Sequence record: PQ464590.1
Length of the DNA: 64,000 bases
Reading direction: 5' to 3' (one strand)
Position 1 is the stretch's first letter. Each line of letters starts with the position of its first letter. Positions 62,863 through 64,000 of the stretch are shown here, in pieces. The position numbers and the translations under genes were made by a program. The notes below the pieces were generated by a model. It ran no database searches. It had not been told where the DNA came from and saw only the letters and a list, made by a program, of their open reading frames with translations.

Positions 62863-63669
62863 TTATTTTCTTTTCGCAATAGCCACGATATCAGTATATG
62901 GTAAATTGAATTCACGGAAAATTTCCAGTGCTTCATCTTTATCACATGCCAGTACATCAACGTCGTGGTAATATGGACCATTCTCGAACTTCACATTGTA
63001 CAGTACCGCATCACGTTTCGGTTCTTTCTTTTCAGGAACAACTTCAGGTTCCATTACGTACTTCAGTACTGAACTTAGTTCGTGAATACGCTTCTCATTA
63101 CCAGGTTTAGTGGCAAGAGATTGAATCTCTGTTACTAAACGCAGAATGTCAACTTCACGGATGAAGTCAGTTTTTACTGGCTCTTGCAGTACTGGATTCA
63201 GAATATGATCTTCCATCTTTGGAAGTTCAGTACTTTGTTTATAGAACCGCAGGATTGCATCATAACCAACCAATACATAACCATGTGGAAGATGAAGCTT
63301 GTGTTTCTCTTTGAAATCACTATATTTCAGGTTTTCAAGAATTTTACCGACTTGTTGCATCGTAAGGTTCGGGTGAATATACGATCCAGACCGTGTACCT
63401 TCTTCAAATGTAAACACGTTGTTATTCATCTTAGTGCCTTTATTCTCGTAATACCCGTTGTTCCCGTAACTGAAGTTTTGGATTGCTGAATATCCCACCA
63501 AATATAAATTATCTGGACCGTGAAGTTCGTGTAAATGGTTATACGCACTTTTCTTCAAGGTTTTGAGAAGTTCACGTACATCAGCAAGTGTCAACTCGTA
63601 GTGATAAAAATTACCATAATCTTTATCATTTTTCATTTCAACGAATGTATAAGTTCCAGATGTTGCCAT
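62863..63669 (-). CDS. hypothetical protein with an internal tandem domain duplication
   Basis: Two ~60-aa units, each ending LVGY(S/D)AI; start reassigned to MATSG. Confidence 0.65.
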   Translation of the reverse strand: MATSGTYTFVEMKNDKDYGNFYHYELTLADVRELLKTLKKSAYNHLHELHGPDNLYLVGYSAIQNFSYGNNGYYENKGTKMNNNVFTFEEGTRSGSYIHPNLTMQQVGKILENLKYSDFKEKHKLHLPHGYVLVGYDAILRFYKQSTELPKMEDHILNPVLQEPVKTDFIREVDILRLVTEIQSLATKPGNEKRIHELSSVLKYVMEPEVVPEKKEPKRDAVLYNVKFENGPYYHDVDVLACDKDEALEIFREFNLPYTDIVAIAKRK

Positions 63670-64000
63670 ATTATTATCCGATTTTTGTTGTGGGCGGCGT
63701 GGTGGAATTGGCATTAGTGAACCTCCACACGATAAGACCAGTCATACATAATTCCATCATCGTCATCATCTTTTTCATGAAGACGTAGTGTACCCTTTTC
63801 TGCAAGAATGTCAAGCATTTCGTACGGTACTAACGAATTTCCGTCAGCGTCAAAGAACTTACCCAGCTTCAACAAACGATCTTGAAGTTCACGCGGGGTA
63901 CGATACACCATCACGTTGTATCCTTCATCTACTGAAGTAAACACTTTACCTTCAAACGGTTTCATAGGATCTTTCATTAGATAGTCTCCATGCTGTCAAT

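Overview
This window is part of a lytic jumbo phage genome. By inference it infects Enterobacterales and resembles the RaK2/GAP32/CBB-like myoviruses. No rRNA, CRISPR array or integrase was seen. There are four zones. (1) About 1-19.2 kb: visibly more GC-rich small early genes, all on the minus strand, most with their own consensus sigma70 promoter cassette. They include an HNH nuclease, a kinase, an SPFH protein, a TraR/YbiI-like factor, a divergent H-NS-like protein and a non-canonical tRNA-like element. (2) About 19.2-21.2 kb: a nearly ORF-free control region with Fur-box-like sites. (3) 22.7-33.7 kb: ten plus-strand late genes, mostly beta-propeller-like, sharing an N-terminal MIPFxRMxxYGN tag. 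(4) 33.7-64 kb: minus-strand accessory genes, including paralogous membrane proteins, an AAA ATPase, a homing-type endonuclease, a T7 gp0.7-like kinase, nadR-pnuC and a candidate ~490-nt structured RNA. The strongest unexplained signal is a 12-copy promoter-driven element with co-varying hairpins (core CCCACAGGGTGC) confined to the first 20 kb; two convergent pairs of it each enclose a Fur-box-like site. Also notable are 11 co-oriented Chi sites in the same 20 kb and a window-wide excess of AGTACT. All counts were made by eye and are minima; no database searches were run.
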